From contig JAZDJN010000110.1 of assembly GCA_043803945.1 (NCBI GenBank), positions 1 through 27,891 of the forward strand: DNA of 27,891 nt. The letters are read 5' to 3'. This DNA is from a bacterium. GTDB taxonomy: Bacteria; Bacteroidota; Ignavibacteria; UBA10030. Within the stretch, counting starts at the first letter, position 1. Every line of letters starts with the position of its first letter. A program made the position numbers and the translations under genes. The notes under the pieces are model-generated. The model made no database searches. It saw only the letters and a program-made list of their open reading frames with translations, and was not told the origin of the DNA. Below, one piece after another: positions 19,101-26,264 of this stretch.

Positions 19101-19650
19101 GTTTTAAGTAGATCTCTTTGAACTGATCGTACTGCCCCGCATCATCAATATGCCGCTCTATCTCTGCTACAGCAGGGGCTTGTCCATAATAACCTTGGTA
19201 CTCATTGAAGACTTTTAAAAAGACCGCAAGGATCGGATCCACTGAAGTAAGATTGCCGATACCGTCAGCTTTTTGCGCTATGTTAAATAAGAGCGTCTTT
19301 GCAGGGATTTTCAAAGATTTCTTAATGTTCGCATTGAGTTCAAAATCGTTTTGAATTTTCTCAGCGAACATTTCGCCGCACGTCGTACCATCCAGTGATC
19401 GGTTCTCCAAGACAAGTGACAACATTTTCAATAAATGGGATTTTCCGGAGCCGAAGAAACCAGATATCCAGATACTGTCGTTATATCCCTTTTTTACATA
19501 TTCCTGAAAGAATGATCCGAGATGCTTTTCGATCTCTTTCGTCACAACATATTCGTCAACTTCCTGAAGGAGATATTCTTCATCGTCCGCTTTGATAACA
19601 CCTTCGATGTGGCGAGAGATGTCTTTGAGATACAGGTCTTGTTGTTTCAT
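16153..19650 (-). CDS. brxC: BREX P-loop ATPase BrxC
   Basis: IEGVIKAD, EVDEYVVT, Walker A WISGFFGSGKSH, Walker B VDEVGQFI, VTSQ, SRIQARF, EVIQKRLL, YPFIPYQF and RPYGW. 1165 aa. Confidence 0.95.
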   Translation of the reverse strand: MKQQDLYLKDISRHIEGVIKADDEEYLLQEVDEYVVTKEIEKHLGSFFQEYVKKGYNDSIWISGFFGSGKSHLLKMLSLVLENRSLDGTTCGEMFAEKIQNDFELNANIKKSLKIPAKTLLFNIAQKADGIGNLTSVDPILAVFLKVFNEYQGYYGQAPAVAEIERHIDDAGQYDQFKEIYLKLNKKEWYTGRRHILLNQSEFAKAFAELNKITEEEAKKNFNDLRNSYKLDIAGFVTLVKSFIAKQPAGFRLIFCVDEVGQFIAEDVRLMLSLQTLAETLSSSCKGQAFMIVTSQNDLNATIGELAKQQAHDFSRIQARFSIKLPLTSSNADEVIQKRLLAKNEPSAKLLSGIFEKEKNNFRTLFEFGDNSRQYGVYKNEEHFQLTYPFIPYQFELFQASIKALSVHNAFMGKHQSVGERSMLGVFQQVAKQNAQKDMSEIVHYAQMFDGIRDILQSNIQTDVLEGERNITNPLAVEVLKALFLVKYIKEFKASLNNIAILLFPSFEVDLVSFQKSIQEALNLLETQTFIQRVGDTYEYLTNQEKDVENEIKSTDIDPKAPGNLLSEMIFTEILRDSKVKLDSNNQIYEYGRKIDDNIVSKERDFYVNFITPLNQNEIATANVSLKSFGNTDLVVHLPQDPRLFDELRLVIKTEKYYQTTYSQNLDPSKINILTEKKEYNTIRKRNVMGRLKDLIGDAKMYLNGSEVVDISSKDPRIKIHAGVQQLIRTTYTNLKMLTVEFTEDHIKKIIWSQDDVLFKDTLSEVELEVLNRITRNKANHERTTIKVLIETFAARPYGWYQMAVLCLIAKLYKRNKVSLKLDGNTLNDRAVLEALQSNREYPNTIIDVEEDISTSKLKKLKDFHQEYFNEANLGNEPKEVSKYFKQRITVEVGDVADIYSQRERYAFLNSLGEALNRLRLVSEKEHPYFFNALDQFGEELLVDKESIIDGIKKFMKGPQKDIYENILSYLDSENANFNYIDKAGIEPLTAVKESIVPYKGNLIQTGKQALDTLRGEVKTKIDKERIESVQIVKETIEKLKSYEEFKKLSPSQQAEVLQPFIESIEEVNHERFIGNLRAKKSFAQDDLYHRQIDLMMRLAVPASTGATQTGTGVQYTKVAYVRKDSVKVKFAKPSLETERDVEEYVQALKEAYLKLIKEDKRISL

Positions 19651-19652
19651 AG

Positions 19653-20240
19653 TCAGATCTTGTAGTCGTTGAGGTTAAATGCTCTGTAATAGTTGTCGTC
19701 TTTCAATCTCCCGAAGAGGGTCAAAGACAGGTTATCATACTCACCCGGGAAAAATATTACCAAGGGAATTTTCTTTATCAGTGACTGCAAATTGTTCAGA
19801 ATTGTGTGAGACCTGATGATGGGGTAAACGGCCCCGATGCCAGTGAGAAATACAATCTTATGACTACTTTTTTCCGTCATTTTCTTGATGGCGGGGATAA
19901 TCTCGTTCTGCACATTTAATGGGCCGTTCAATGCTTCCTGAAATTCTGCTTTCTCTTTCTCTGGTTCTATCTGTAGGGTATGCAAGAGAATACCTTGTTC
20001 TTCAAGAAGGTCAGTACAGAGTTTGAAAAGATCAATTTCGAAAACCTCTATACCTTCAGAAGCAAGACGCTTTTTTAGATGTGCGATATGATTGCCCACT
20101 AATACTTGATCCGTTGGCGAATAAGGCTGGACAAAAAATTGAATTTCACCGGCTGTCCCCTCTCCGTTTAGAAATCGATGAGAAGAGAATATTTTAAAAA
20201 ACCCCTCAAACATTACTTCAATATGTAGCTCTTTGCTCAT
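19653..20240 (-). CDS. brxB: BREX protein BrxB (DUF1788)
   Basis: FLTGIGAVYPIIRSHTILNNLQ, PLVIFFPGEY and NYYRAFNL. The start at ATG 20240 (ATGA overlap with the brxA stop, AGGA upstream) is preferred over the ORF-track start at 20294. Confidence 0.92.
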   Translation of the reverse strand: MSKELHIEVMFEGFFKIFSSHRFLNGEGTAGEIQFFVQPYSPTDQVLVGNHIAHLKKRLASEGIEVFEIDLFKLCTDLLEEQGILLHTLQIEPEKEKAEFQEALNGPLNVQNEIIPAIKKMTEKSSHKIVFLTGIGAVYPIIRSHTILNNLQSLIKKIPLVIFFPGEYDNLSLTLFGRLKDDNYYRAFNLNDYKI

Positions 20241-20875
20241 CTGTATTCCTGTTGTGCTAAGTATTTGATTTCTTGATCGGAATAGAAGAAGCACTTTAAG
20301 AGCAGTGGATCGTGCGAAACAATTGCCTTGATGCTTTTTGAATCCAACATGGGATGTAAGATTCGCTTTTCTTTAGGATCATCTAACAAACCCACCTGCG
20401 TGAGAATTCTGAGGACTACGGTTTTGATCTTCTGTTTGCTTTTATCTGACAATGTTTCGATGGATTCATCCGTTGCCGATTTTGAATCCAAGAACTTTTG
20501 ATAGTCGGAATCAAGCAAAATCCTATCATGGATAAGATATTTGTTTCTAACTACCTCGACAATGAATTCTCGGATAAAATCATACGTTTGCACAATCCCC
20601 ACAAGAATCATTGCTTGCGCTTGATTACGTTCACCTATATTTAGAAGCTGTAGCTGTGCTGGTGTTAGCATACTCAGTCGTTTCCTAATTTCCCGAAACT
20701 CCCTTACAAGGGTCCCTTCTTTGATTTTATGCAAGAGATTATTTTTTCGAACGGTTGCATAGGTTTTTTGCCAATCACCGGTTTCCACAAATACTTCTCC
20801 TACGGTAATGGTTTCGGATATTAGAGCGTTTGCTCCAACGAAAGCAAATGAATATTTGATGCGATGCTTATTCAA
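20237..20875 (-). CDS. brxA: BREX protein BrxA (DUF1819)
   Basis: 212 aa and first gene of the operon. NLLH..K..T..R..REIRKRL..L, FIREFIVEVVRNKY and KIKTVVLRILTQVGLL match the BrxA pattern. The TTG start is uncertain. Confidence 0.85.
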   Translation of the reverse strand: MNKHRIKYSFAFVGANALISETITVGEVFVETGDWQKTYATVRKNNLLHKIKEGTLVREFREIRKRLSMLTPAQLQLLNIGERNQAQAMILVGIVQTYDFIREFIVEVVRNKYLIHDRILLDSDYQKFLDSKSATDESIETLSDKSKQKIKTVVLRILTQVGLLDDPKEKRILHPMLDSKSIKAIVSHDPLLLKCFFYSDQEIKYLAQQEYR

Positions 20876-20907
20876 GTCTATTTAAAGCTTCCTTATTGCT
20901 AAAAGTC

Positions 20908-21023
20908 AAAAACCCGTTTGACGTTTGCTGTTCTCACGCCCCACGGGTTTCATTGTTGCTGGTTTCACTCTCCTCTGTTCAGCAATTCGTTGGAAATGTA
21001 TGCTAATGTGAGAGTAAAATCAA
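20908..21023 (-). promoter_or_regulatory. Sigma70-type promoter and structured leader of the BREX operon (copy 1 of a duplicated cassette)
   Basis: TTGATT (21023-21018)-N17-TACATT (21000-20995). The leader has a ttgctg/cagcaa stem, then an aaacccgt/acgggttt stem running into a U tract. Confidence 0.65.
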
Positions 21024-21294
21024 TTTTATTTGAGTATTCGCAATGGTTAATTGCCTGATATTCAATCACTTAGGTCGTATACACTTTTATCAGGCTTCAG
21101 TTACTCCTTTTGACACACTATAGAGCCTTTTCTCATATCAGTCTGGTAAAAATCGGACAATTTATTTCAGTCATTAATGCAGAAGGTGTTTCGAGGAGAG
21201 ATGAAACCGATTTTTAATCGTTTGCCATATCATTTTACATAAGGCAATTGGCAGATGTTTAGGTAAGCCGTTTCTCTAATTATAGATATAGAGG

Positions 21295-21338
21295 AAAATA
21301 AAACAGGTGAACACAATTATCCATTGAGTTCACCTGTT
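21295..21338 (-). terminator. Intrinsic terminator after the 57-aa gene
   Basis: Perfect 11-bp inverted repeat aacaggtgaac (21302-21312)/gttcacctgtt (21328-21338), followed on the minus strand by a T-rich tract. Confidence 0.7.
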
Positions 21339-21355
21339 CAAGAAATGGTATTCAA

Positions 21356-21529
21356 TTATTTTCCCTTTCGGACGCCTTTGAATGGCTTGTCATTGGATTT
21401 TTGATCAATGAATTTTCCGGTGTCAGTATCACGTTTAACCCAATGATCGTTCTTGGGATTATATACTTGAGATCGACCGGTTACCTGACCACTTCTATGA
21501 TTATCGCCTTGGGGCGGGTTTGTTGCCAT
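21356..21529 (-). CDS. Small basic conserved hypothetical protein (57 aa, KRDxxTGxF motif)
   Basis: MATNPPQGDNHRSGQVTGRSQVYNPKNDHWVKRDTDTGKFIDQK. Strong RBS AAAGGAGGTG 8 nt upstream, with its own promoter and terminator. Confidence 0.85.
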   Translation of the reverse strand: MATNPPQGDNHRSGQVTGRSQVYNPKNDHWVKRDTDTGKFIDQKSNDKPFKGVRKGK

Positions 21530-21564
21530 TATCATTTCACCTCCTTTCATAAGTTAATTTCTTA

Positions 21565-21600
21565 GTTGACAAAATAATAAATAATATGTATTATGTCAAC
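21565..21600. promoter_or_regulatory. Overlapping divergent promoters forming an inverted repeat (probable XRE operator)
   Basis: On +: TTGACA (21566-71)-N17-TATTAT (21589-94). On -: TTGACA (21599-94)-N17-TATTTT (21576-71). The arms gttgacaaaata / tattatgtcaac match 11/12. Confidence 0.75.
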
Positions 21601-21621
21601 CATAATCTTGGAGGAAATAAT

Positions 21622-22665
21622 ATGTTTGGAGATCGGCTAAAACAAGCTCGGTTAGCGGCCGGATTGTCTCTACGAGGCCTTGCAGACCAAATGGATAATT
21701 ACATTTCAGCGCAAGTCATTCACAAATATGAGTTGAATAAAGCGACTCCCGGGTCGGATGTGCTCATTAAATTGTCGCAAACTCTCGGAGTGAAGATGGA
21801 ATTCTTTTTTCGGCCTCAATCCATCGAAATTGAATTAAGTGAACCCGCTTATAGAAAACGGGCGACAGTGTCAAAAAAGGAATTGGAAGCGATCCGTGCT
21901 CAGACTAAAGAGCAGGTGGAAAAATACCTCGAAGTCGAGTTTTTATTTCCCAATCGATTCAACGCGAAAGTAATTCCCAAAAAACTTCGAACCTCTGTTA
22001 AACAGATGATTGATATTGAAGACCGCGCAAAAGAAATTCGTAAATACTGGTCTCTAGGACTTGACCCTATCGAGAACGTGACTGAAGTACTAGAAGATCA
22101 AGGTGTGAAAGTCGTAATGCTCGAAAGCGATTCTAAAGTAGATGGTCTTTCATGCTGGGCTAATAAGACTATTCCTGTCGTCGTTGTAAATAAAAAACAA
22201 ACTTCTGATCGACTCCGTTTAAGTATCGCACACGAACTTGGTCACCTTTTATTAGAATCTTCGAAATCCATAGATCAAGAAAAGGCCGCCTACCGCTTTG
22301 CAGGAGCATTCCTCGCCCCCGATGAAGTAGCAAAGCGTGAGTTGGGGAGCAATCGTACGAAGTTAAGTATCTATGAATTGAAGAATCTTCGTGCAAAATA
22401 TGGAATGAGTGTTCAGGCCTGGGTACACCGGGCACAAGATTTGCAGATCATTAGCGATAGTTTTGCTGTACAAATATTCACTTATTTTCGACGTCTTGGT
22501 ATTCATAAAATGGAAATGGGTGAAAAGCTTTCTACTGAGGCACCGAAACGATTCGAAAGGCTTGTTGTCCAGGCTGTGGAGGAGGGATTAATCTCTGATT
22601 CACGTGGAGCAGAATTGTTAGATTTATCTGTTAACGAATTACGCCAAAGAATCAAAGGGGAATAG
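21622..22665 (+). CDS. XRE-family HTH fused to ImmA/IrrE (HEXXH) metallopeptidase
   Basis: MFGDRLKQARLAAGLSLRGLA HTH, RLRLSIAHELGHLL and EKAAYRFAGAFLAP. RBS GGAGG before ATG 21622. Confidence 0.92.
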   Translation: MFGDRLKQARLAAGLSLRGLADQMDNYISAQVIHKYELNKATPGSDVLIKLSQTLGVKMEFFFRPQSIEIELSEPAYRKRATVSKKELEAIRAQTKEQVEKYLEVEFLFPNRFNAKVIPKKLRTSVKQMIDIEDRAKEIRKYWSLGLDPIENVTEVLEDQGVKVVMLESDSKVDGLSCWANKTIPVVVVNKKQTSDRLRLSIAHELGHLLLESSKSIDQEKAAYRFAGAFLAPDEVAKRELGSNRTKLSIYELKNLRAKYGMSVQAWVHRAQDLQIISDSFAVQIFTYFRRLGIHKMEMGEKLSTEAPKRFERLVVQAVEEGLISDSRGAELLDLSVNELRQRIKGE

Positions 22666-22669
22666 TCGG

Positions 22670-22816
22670 TTGGTGGCATTCATCCTTGATACGAACATTT
22701 GCGTCGACCTTTTCAATGGCAATCTTCTAAAATCTGTTCTGGAGTTGCCCGATAGTTTTTTATTACCAGATGTTATTCTTGCTGAGTTGAAAGAACCTGA
22801 TGGAAATAGCGTTTTA
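22670..22816 (+). pseudogene. Truncated PIN-domain protein (first ~49 codons)
   Basis: FILDTNICVDL...LLPDVILAEL is a PIN N-terminus directly after the XRE-ImmA gene. After codon ~49 the ORF runs into low-complexity sequence and antisense hsdM. Confidence 0.7.
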
Positions 22817-22848
22817 CCTATTCGCCCTTACGACGCTTCGTTCATAAT

Positions 22849-22890
22849 CCTCTCCCTCTCTCCCCATCCCCCCTCTTCCATTCTTCCCCT
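22849..22890 (-). repeat. Purine-rich imperfect octamer repeat tract at the hsdM breakpoint
   Basis: Minus strand: aggggaag aatggaag agggggg atggggag agagggag agg, followed by att ATG (22845). Confidence 0.6.
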
Positions 22891-23091
22891 TCAGCGTTAC
22901 CATATCCTTGAAGCTTGCACCTTTCGGTACGGTTATCGGAGCATACGGAACACCGGCATACTTATCAGAGACGTATTTGATAAACAACAAGACGAGAACG
23001 TAGTTTTTGTATTGCGATGCATCCATACCGCCGCGTAGTTCGTCGCAGCTTTTCCAGAGAGATAAGTAGAGTTCAGATTTTTTATAGCCAT
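22883..23091 (-). pseudogene. hsdM: Type I restriction-modification M subunit, 5' fragment, frameshifted and truncated
   Basis: Adding one A to the A6 run (23078-23083) gives MAIKKSELYLSLWKSCDELRGGMDASQYKNYVLVLLFIKYVSDKYAGVPYAPITVPKGASFKDMVTLKGK, a typical HsdM N-terminus. Similarity ends at 22883. Confidence 0.85.
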
Positions 23092-23134
23092 AGATATACG
23101 TTGCTTTCTACTGAAAGTGGGCCAATTCGAATAG

Positions 23135-23288
23135 ACGTGTTCCATTATGTGACCAATGTATTGTTCGTGTCCCATTCAGAAAACATTTGGGACACGTTCA
23201 AAGAACATGTCCCACGCTGGGACATATTCCAATCTCATGTCGATTCAATCGACATATCCCAAAAACGTGTCGAATTGATCGCCATATC
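23135..23288. repeat. Second cluster of REP-like hairpins, related to 14958-15052
   Basis: cgtgtccca/tgggacacg (23166-23196), gaacatgtccca/tgggacatattc (23203-23229) and atgtcgat/atcgacat (23237-23255), plus degenerate units near 23135 and 23266. Confidence 0.85.
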
Positions 23289-23325
23289 CAAAGAATGTAT
23301 TTATTCTATCAACCTCTTCAGGCTT

Positions 23326-23376
23326 CTTTGAAAAAACATCGAAGAGCTTCCTATTGAGGAAAAGAATTTCCTTTCC
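23326..23376 (-). pseudogene. C-terminal remnant of a Fic gene
   Basis: Reads GKEILFLNRKLFDVFSK, 9/17 identical to GKENLYLNKKLYALLTK at the end of the Fic at 15051-16139. It occupies the same position upstream of a hairpin array. Confidence 0.6.
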
Positions 23377-23519
23377 TCTCGACACGCGGCAGGAGTTTTT
23401 GTAAACTATTATACGTTCTATGAACGTTCAATGCCATGGTCAGAGTCTTCGTATGATTTGAATATTGCAGATGATAACTGAGATCTCCATTAATTAATTC
23501 ACACTATTTAAATGGCGAT

Positions 23520-23957
23520 TTAGCTGTCTACAAATAATTTCAACGCCGTCTGATACGCATCCTCAAAATCCAGCCCTGTGTTCATGGTCGGATCAATCTT
23601 CTTGAATCCCACAAATATGAAAACGAGTAATTGAAGTCCTGAGAATTGCTCACCTGGAAGAGCTTGAAGTGAATACCGCCTATCCGGTTTCGTATAATCA
23701 ATTCCCGTTGCACCAAGCATGCCAACTTCAAATGCTATCTCTCGAATTTTATCTATCGGCATATTCTCAAACCGTTTCAGTGTGTCCAAACAATACATTA
23801 CTGTGGCAGATTCTTTCTGTTTGAGCAAATCGAGATTTGTTGGACCTTCGACAGAGGAAGAGACTATCGTCCCTTCTTTTTCCAACGAGAACCATCTTTG
23901 CAAGCCGAGGGCCTCTGCAAACTCTTGAATGAGAATATACTCTTCGCCAGGCTTCAT
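23520..23957 (-). CDS. C-terminal part of the TPR protein (separated by microsatellite frameshift)
   Basis: The ATG is formed by the last base of the (AGCA)6 tract and there is no clear RBS. The ORF becomes in frame with the upstream ORF at 1, 4 or 7 repeat units. Confidence 0.7.
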   Translation of the reverse strand: MKPGEEYILIQEFAEALGLQRWFSLEKEGTIVSSSVEGPTNLDLLKQKESATVMYCLDTLKRFENMPIDKIREIAFEVGMLGATGIDYTKPDRRYSLQALPGEQFSGLQLLVFIFVGFKKIDPTMNTGLDFEDAYQTALKLFVDS

Positions 23958-25465
23958 GCTTGCTTGCTTGCTTGCTTGCTTTGGTACGACGAGAATAACT
24001 TCTCTCCAAGAGCAAACATGGATGATGATCTATAGGGTTTACTAAATTCCGTTGCACCGTGATACAGCCAATCGGCAAATAGCGCATAAGCACAATTCAT
24101 CGCCAGGCTGGCACGATAAATACTCTGAGGTGATATTTTCTGCAAGTCCGAATCTGTTAGAACCTTAAGATATTCTCTCTGTGTATATGCAAGGGAGACA
24201 AATTGAAACGGCCTCAGCTCCGGATATTTGTCATACATCCGTTTCTCGACAATCATATCGAGGGGACAATTGTAGAGTTGATTCGTCAACCCAAAGAGCC
24301 AGCGGGATACAATTTCCTCTTTTTCACTTTGCTCTAATCCCAAATCATCCAATTTGAACAGTTCATTCTGAATTTGATCCCGTCCATACTGTCGCTGCTG
24401 CTCGGTAACAACAAACACCCGATTATTACCAGCTTCGCTTGCCTCATATTCCAGAAGAATATGTTTTATTTCATGCATAATGAGATGAGGAACGATGCGT
24501 TGAGGCCCGGAACGATGACGAATTCTATGAGAATTTGTATGATGACGCCAGGCAAGTTCACTCATTGCAGAAACGCCCGATAAAGAATCATCTACGATTA
24601 TCTCAACCGGATACCCGGTGATAGCCCTTATCGCATTCGCCCGTACGCAGATGTAGTTCTTTATCGATTCACAATGTTCATCACAAAGCTTTTCATTGAG
24701 CGTCTTATAGAGATCGCGGGCGTGCTCATAGACGATTGATGCTCTTTGGTCTGATGAGATCGGGTGATCAAACAATTGCCCGAGAATGGAGATGCCTTCC
24801 TGGTGGTTGTTCAACTTCGATAAAAGGGTTGCAAGCCCCAGGTATGAATTAGGATACGATGGATCGATCCTTATCGCTTTTTCGAACATCGCCCTGGCTT
24901 CATCCGTTTGACTGTTCTCAGCTTTCATTGCCGCATAGTTGTTGAGCAGATAAGGATCGTCTGGATTTATCTCATACGCTCTTTTGTAAAATTGCTCTCC
25001 CGTTTTTCTATCTTCTTTATATTTCACATAGATGTTGCCAAGAAGAATGTATCCCCAGGCATCCCTCGGATTCAGTCGGAGCACATCAATCAATTGATTG
25101 AGCGCTTCATCGGCATTTCCCGTCTCGAGATAGGCCATAGCGAGGTTCCGGCGGGCATCGCTATGGGCGGGGAAATATTCTAAGGTTCGAAGGAAAAGTT
25201 GAATTGCACTCTTGTAATCACCGTTATTAGCTTTCTTAATGCCCCGTGTAAACCATTCGAGGGCACTTTGTACTTTGCGGGACTTTTCTTCCGGTAATGT
25301 AATCATTGCCACACCGTCTTGAATCTTGACAGCGATTTCCGTGGATAGAAATCCATAAGAATTTTTGATGTATTGGCATGCCAGATCAATTGAGAGAGCG
25401 GCAAGATCAATTGGACGTTCTGGATCGATCAAGATATCAGCTAACGGGATGATAATCGTTGGCAT
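23954..25465 (-). CDS. Tetratricopeptide repeat protein with HEXXH motif (N-terminal part, frameshifted at SSR)
   Basis: TPR units (DARRNLAMAY, AWGYILLGNIY, YLLNNYAAM, NSYLGLA) and MHEIKH. It ends in the repeat-encoded SKQASKQA*. Confidence 0.85.
   Translation of the reverse strand: MPTIIIPLADILIDPERPIDLAALSIDLACQYIKNSYGFLSTEIAVKIQDGVAMITLPEEKSRKVQSALEWFTRGIKKANNGDYKSAIQLFLRTLEYFPAHSDARRNLAMAYLETGNADEALNQLIDVLRLNPRDAWGYILLGNIYVKYKEDRKTGEQFYKRAYEINPDDPYLLNNYAAMKAENSQTDEARAMFEKAIRIDPSYPNSYLGLATLLSKLNNHQEGISILGQLFDHPISSDQRASIVYEHARDLYKTLNEKLCDEHCESIKNYICVRANAIRAITGYPVEIIVDDSLSGVSAMSELAWRHHTNSHRIRHRSGPQRIVPHLIMHEIKHILLEYEASEAGNNRVFVVTEQQRQYGRDQIQNELFKLDDLGLEQSEKEEIVSRWLFGLTNQLYNCPLDMIVEKRMYDKYPELRPFQFVSLAYTQREYLKVLTDSDLQKISPQSIYRASLAMNCAYALFADWLYHGATEFSKPYRSSSMFALGEKLFSSYQSKQASKQA
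23957..23980 (-). repeat. (AGCA)6 tetranucleotide simple sequence repeat
   Basis: + strand tgct x6 at 23957-23980. Confidence 0.95.
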
Positions 25466-25540
25466 AATTGTTTATTCTTCTATCCGAATATTGCACATCT
25501 TGCAGCCGATCTATAGCGGCCCACGGTTCGGACAGGTTCA

Positions 25541-25623
25541 CCCACGGGTTCATTGTGGCTGGTTTCACTCTCCTCTGTTCAGCAATTCGATAGAAATGTA
25601 GACTAATCTGGTAGGAGAATCAA
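25541..25623 (-). promoter_or_regulatory. Copy 2 of the promoter + leader cassette, upstream of the TPR gene
   Basis: TTGATT (25623-18)-N17-TACATT (25600-25595). A 32-nt stretch is identical to copy 1 (25558-25589 = 20958-20989). Confidence 0.7.
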
Positions 25624-25803
25624 GACTTCATAACTTGGGGATTTTGAGATCCTTTGTTGAATAATTACGAACAAATGGAATGTCCGATTGCATAACTCTC
25701 TTTTGCACTTATCATTTCATCCAAATAAAAAACCCCCTTCATCACCATAAACGAATCCGGAGGTTTCCCCTGCAAATAGAGTGCTTAAAAGATTACTATT
25801 TCT

Positions 25804-26160
25804 TCATTCTTTCCTTACCTGCCGAGGTGGTGGATATGGGTATCGATAGATTTCCAACTGCTCACTTAGAAATTCTCTGCTTTGGGCGCCTTTAAGAGTC
25901 TCATACATATTTTCTCTTCCGGGTCCATTATCAGAATGGATATAGATTTTCCGGATCTTATAGTTGCTCTGACATATCTTTTTAACAAGATCATAACCGG
26001 TAGGCAGAGGGCTTTCGGTATCATCCACACCCATATCATGATCCAGCGAGAGGATATCTATCTCATTAGCTTCCAAGATTCCAATAGCCTCATCGACACT
26101 CCGAGCCACAACAAATCCCGGTGGACATTCTCTCACATCGTCAACATAGAGATTGATCAA
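25804..26160 (-). CDS. Cyclic-phosphate processing receiver-like (cREC) domain protein
   Basis: LYVDDVRECP, VARSVDEAI, SLDHDMG, TGYDLVK and IYIHSDN. TTG start with AAGGGGG RBS. Confidence 0.8.
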   Translation of the reverse strand: MINLYVDDVRECPPGFVVARSVDEAIGILEANEIDILSLDHDMGVDDTESPLPTGYDLVKKICQSNYKIRKIYIHSDNGPGRENMYETLKGAQSREFLSEQLEIYRYPYPPPRQVRKE

Positions 26161-26264
26161 GTTTCCCCCTTATTCTATAACGGTCTTTACTCCAATGATA
26201 CTGATCAGCAGCAGATCTGTTGGGACCATCAATCCTCAATTCTCATGCAGAATGCTGCAATTTT

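Noticed and set aside
21048-21072. Weak palindrome taattgcctgatattcaatcactta upstream of the BREX promoter
   Set aside because: Only 8 of 12 positions pair in AT-rich DNA, and no cognate recombinase or regulator can be assigned.
14958-23288. Hairpin clusters as CRISPR arrays or integron attC sites
   Set aside because: There are no constant direct repeats with unique spacers, no cas genes or integrase, and no RYYYAAC/GTTRRRY boxes.
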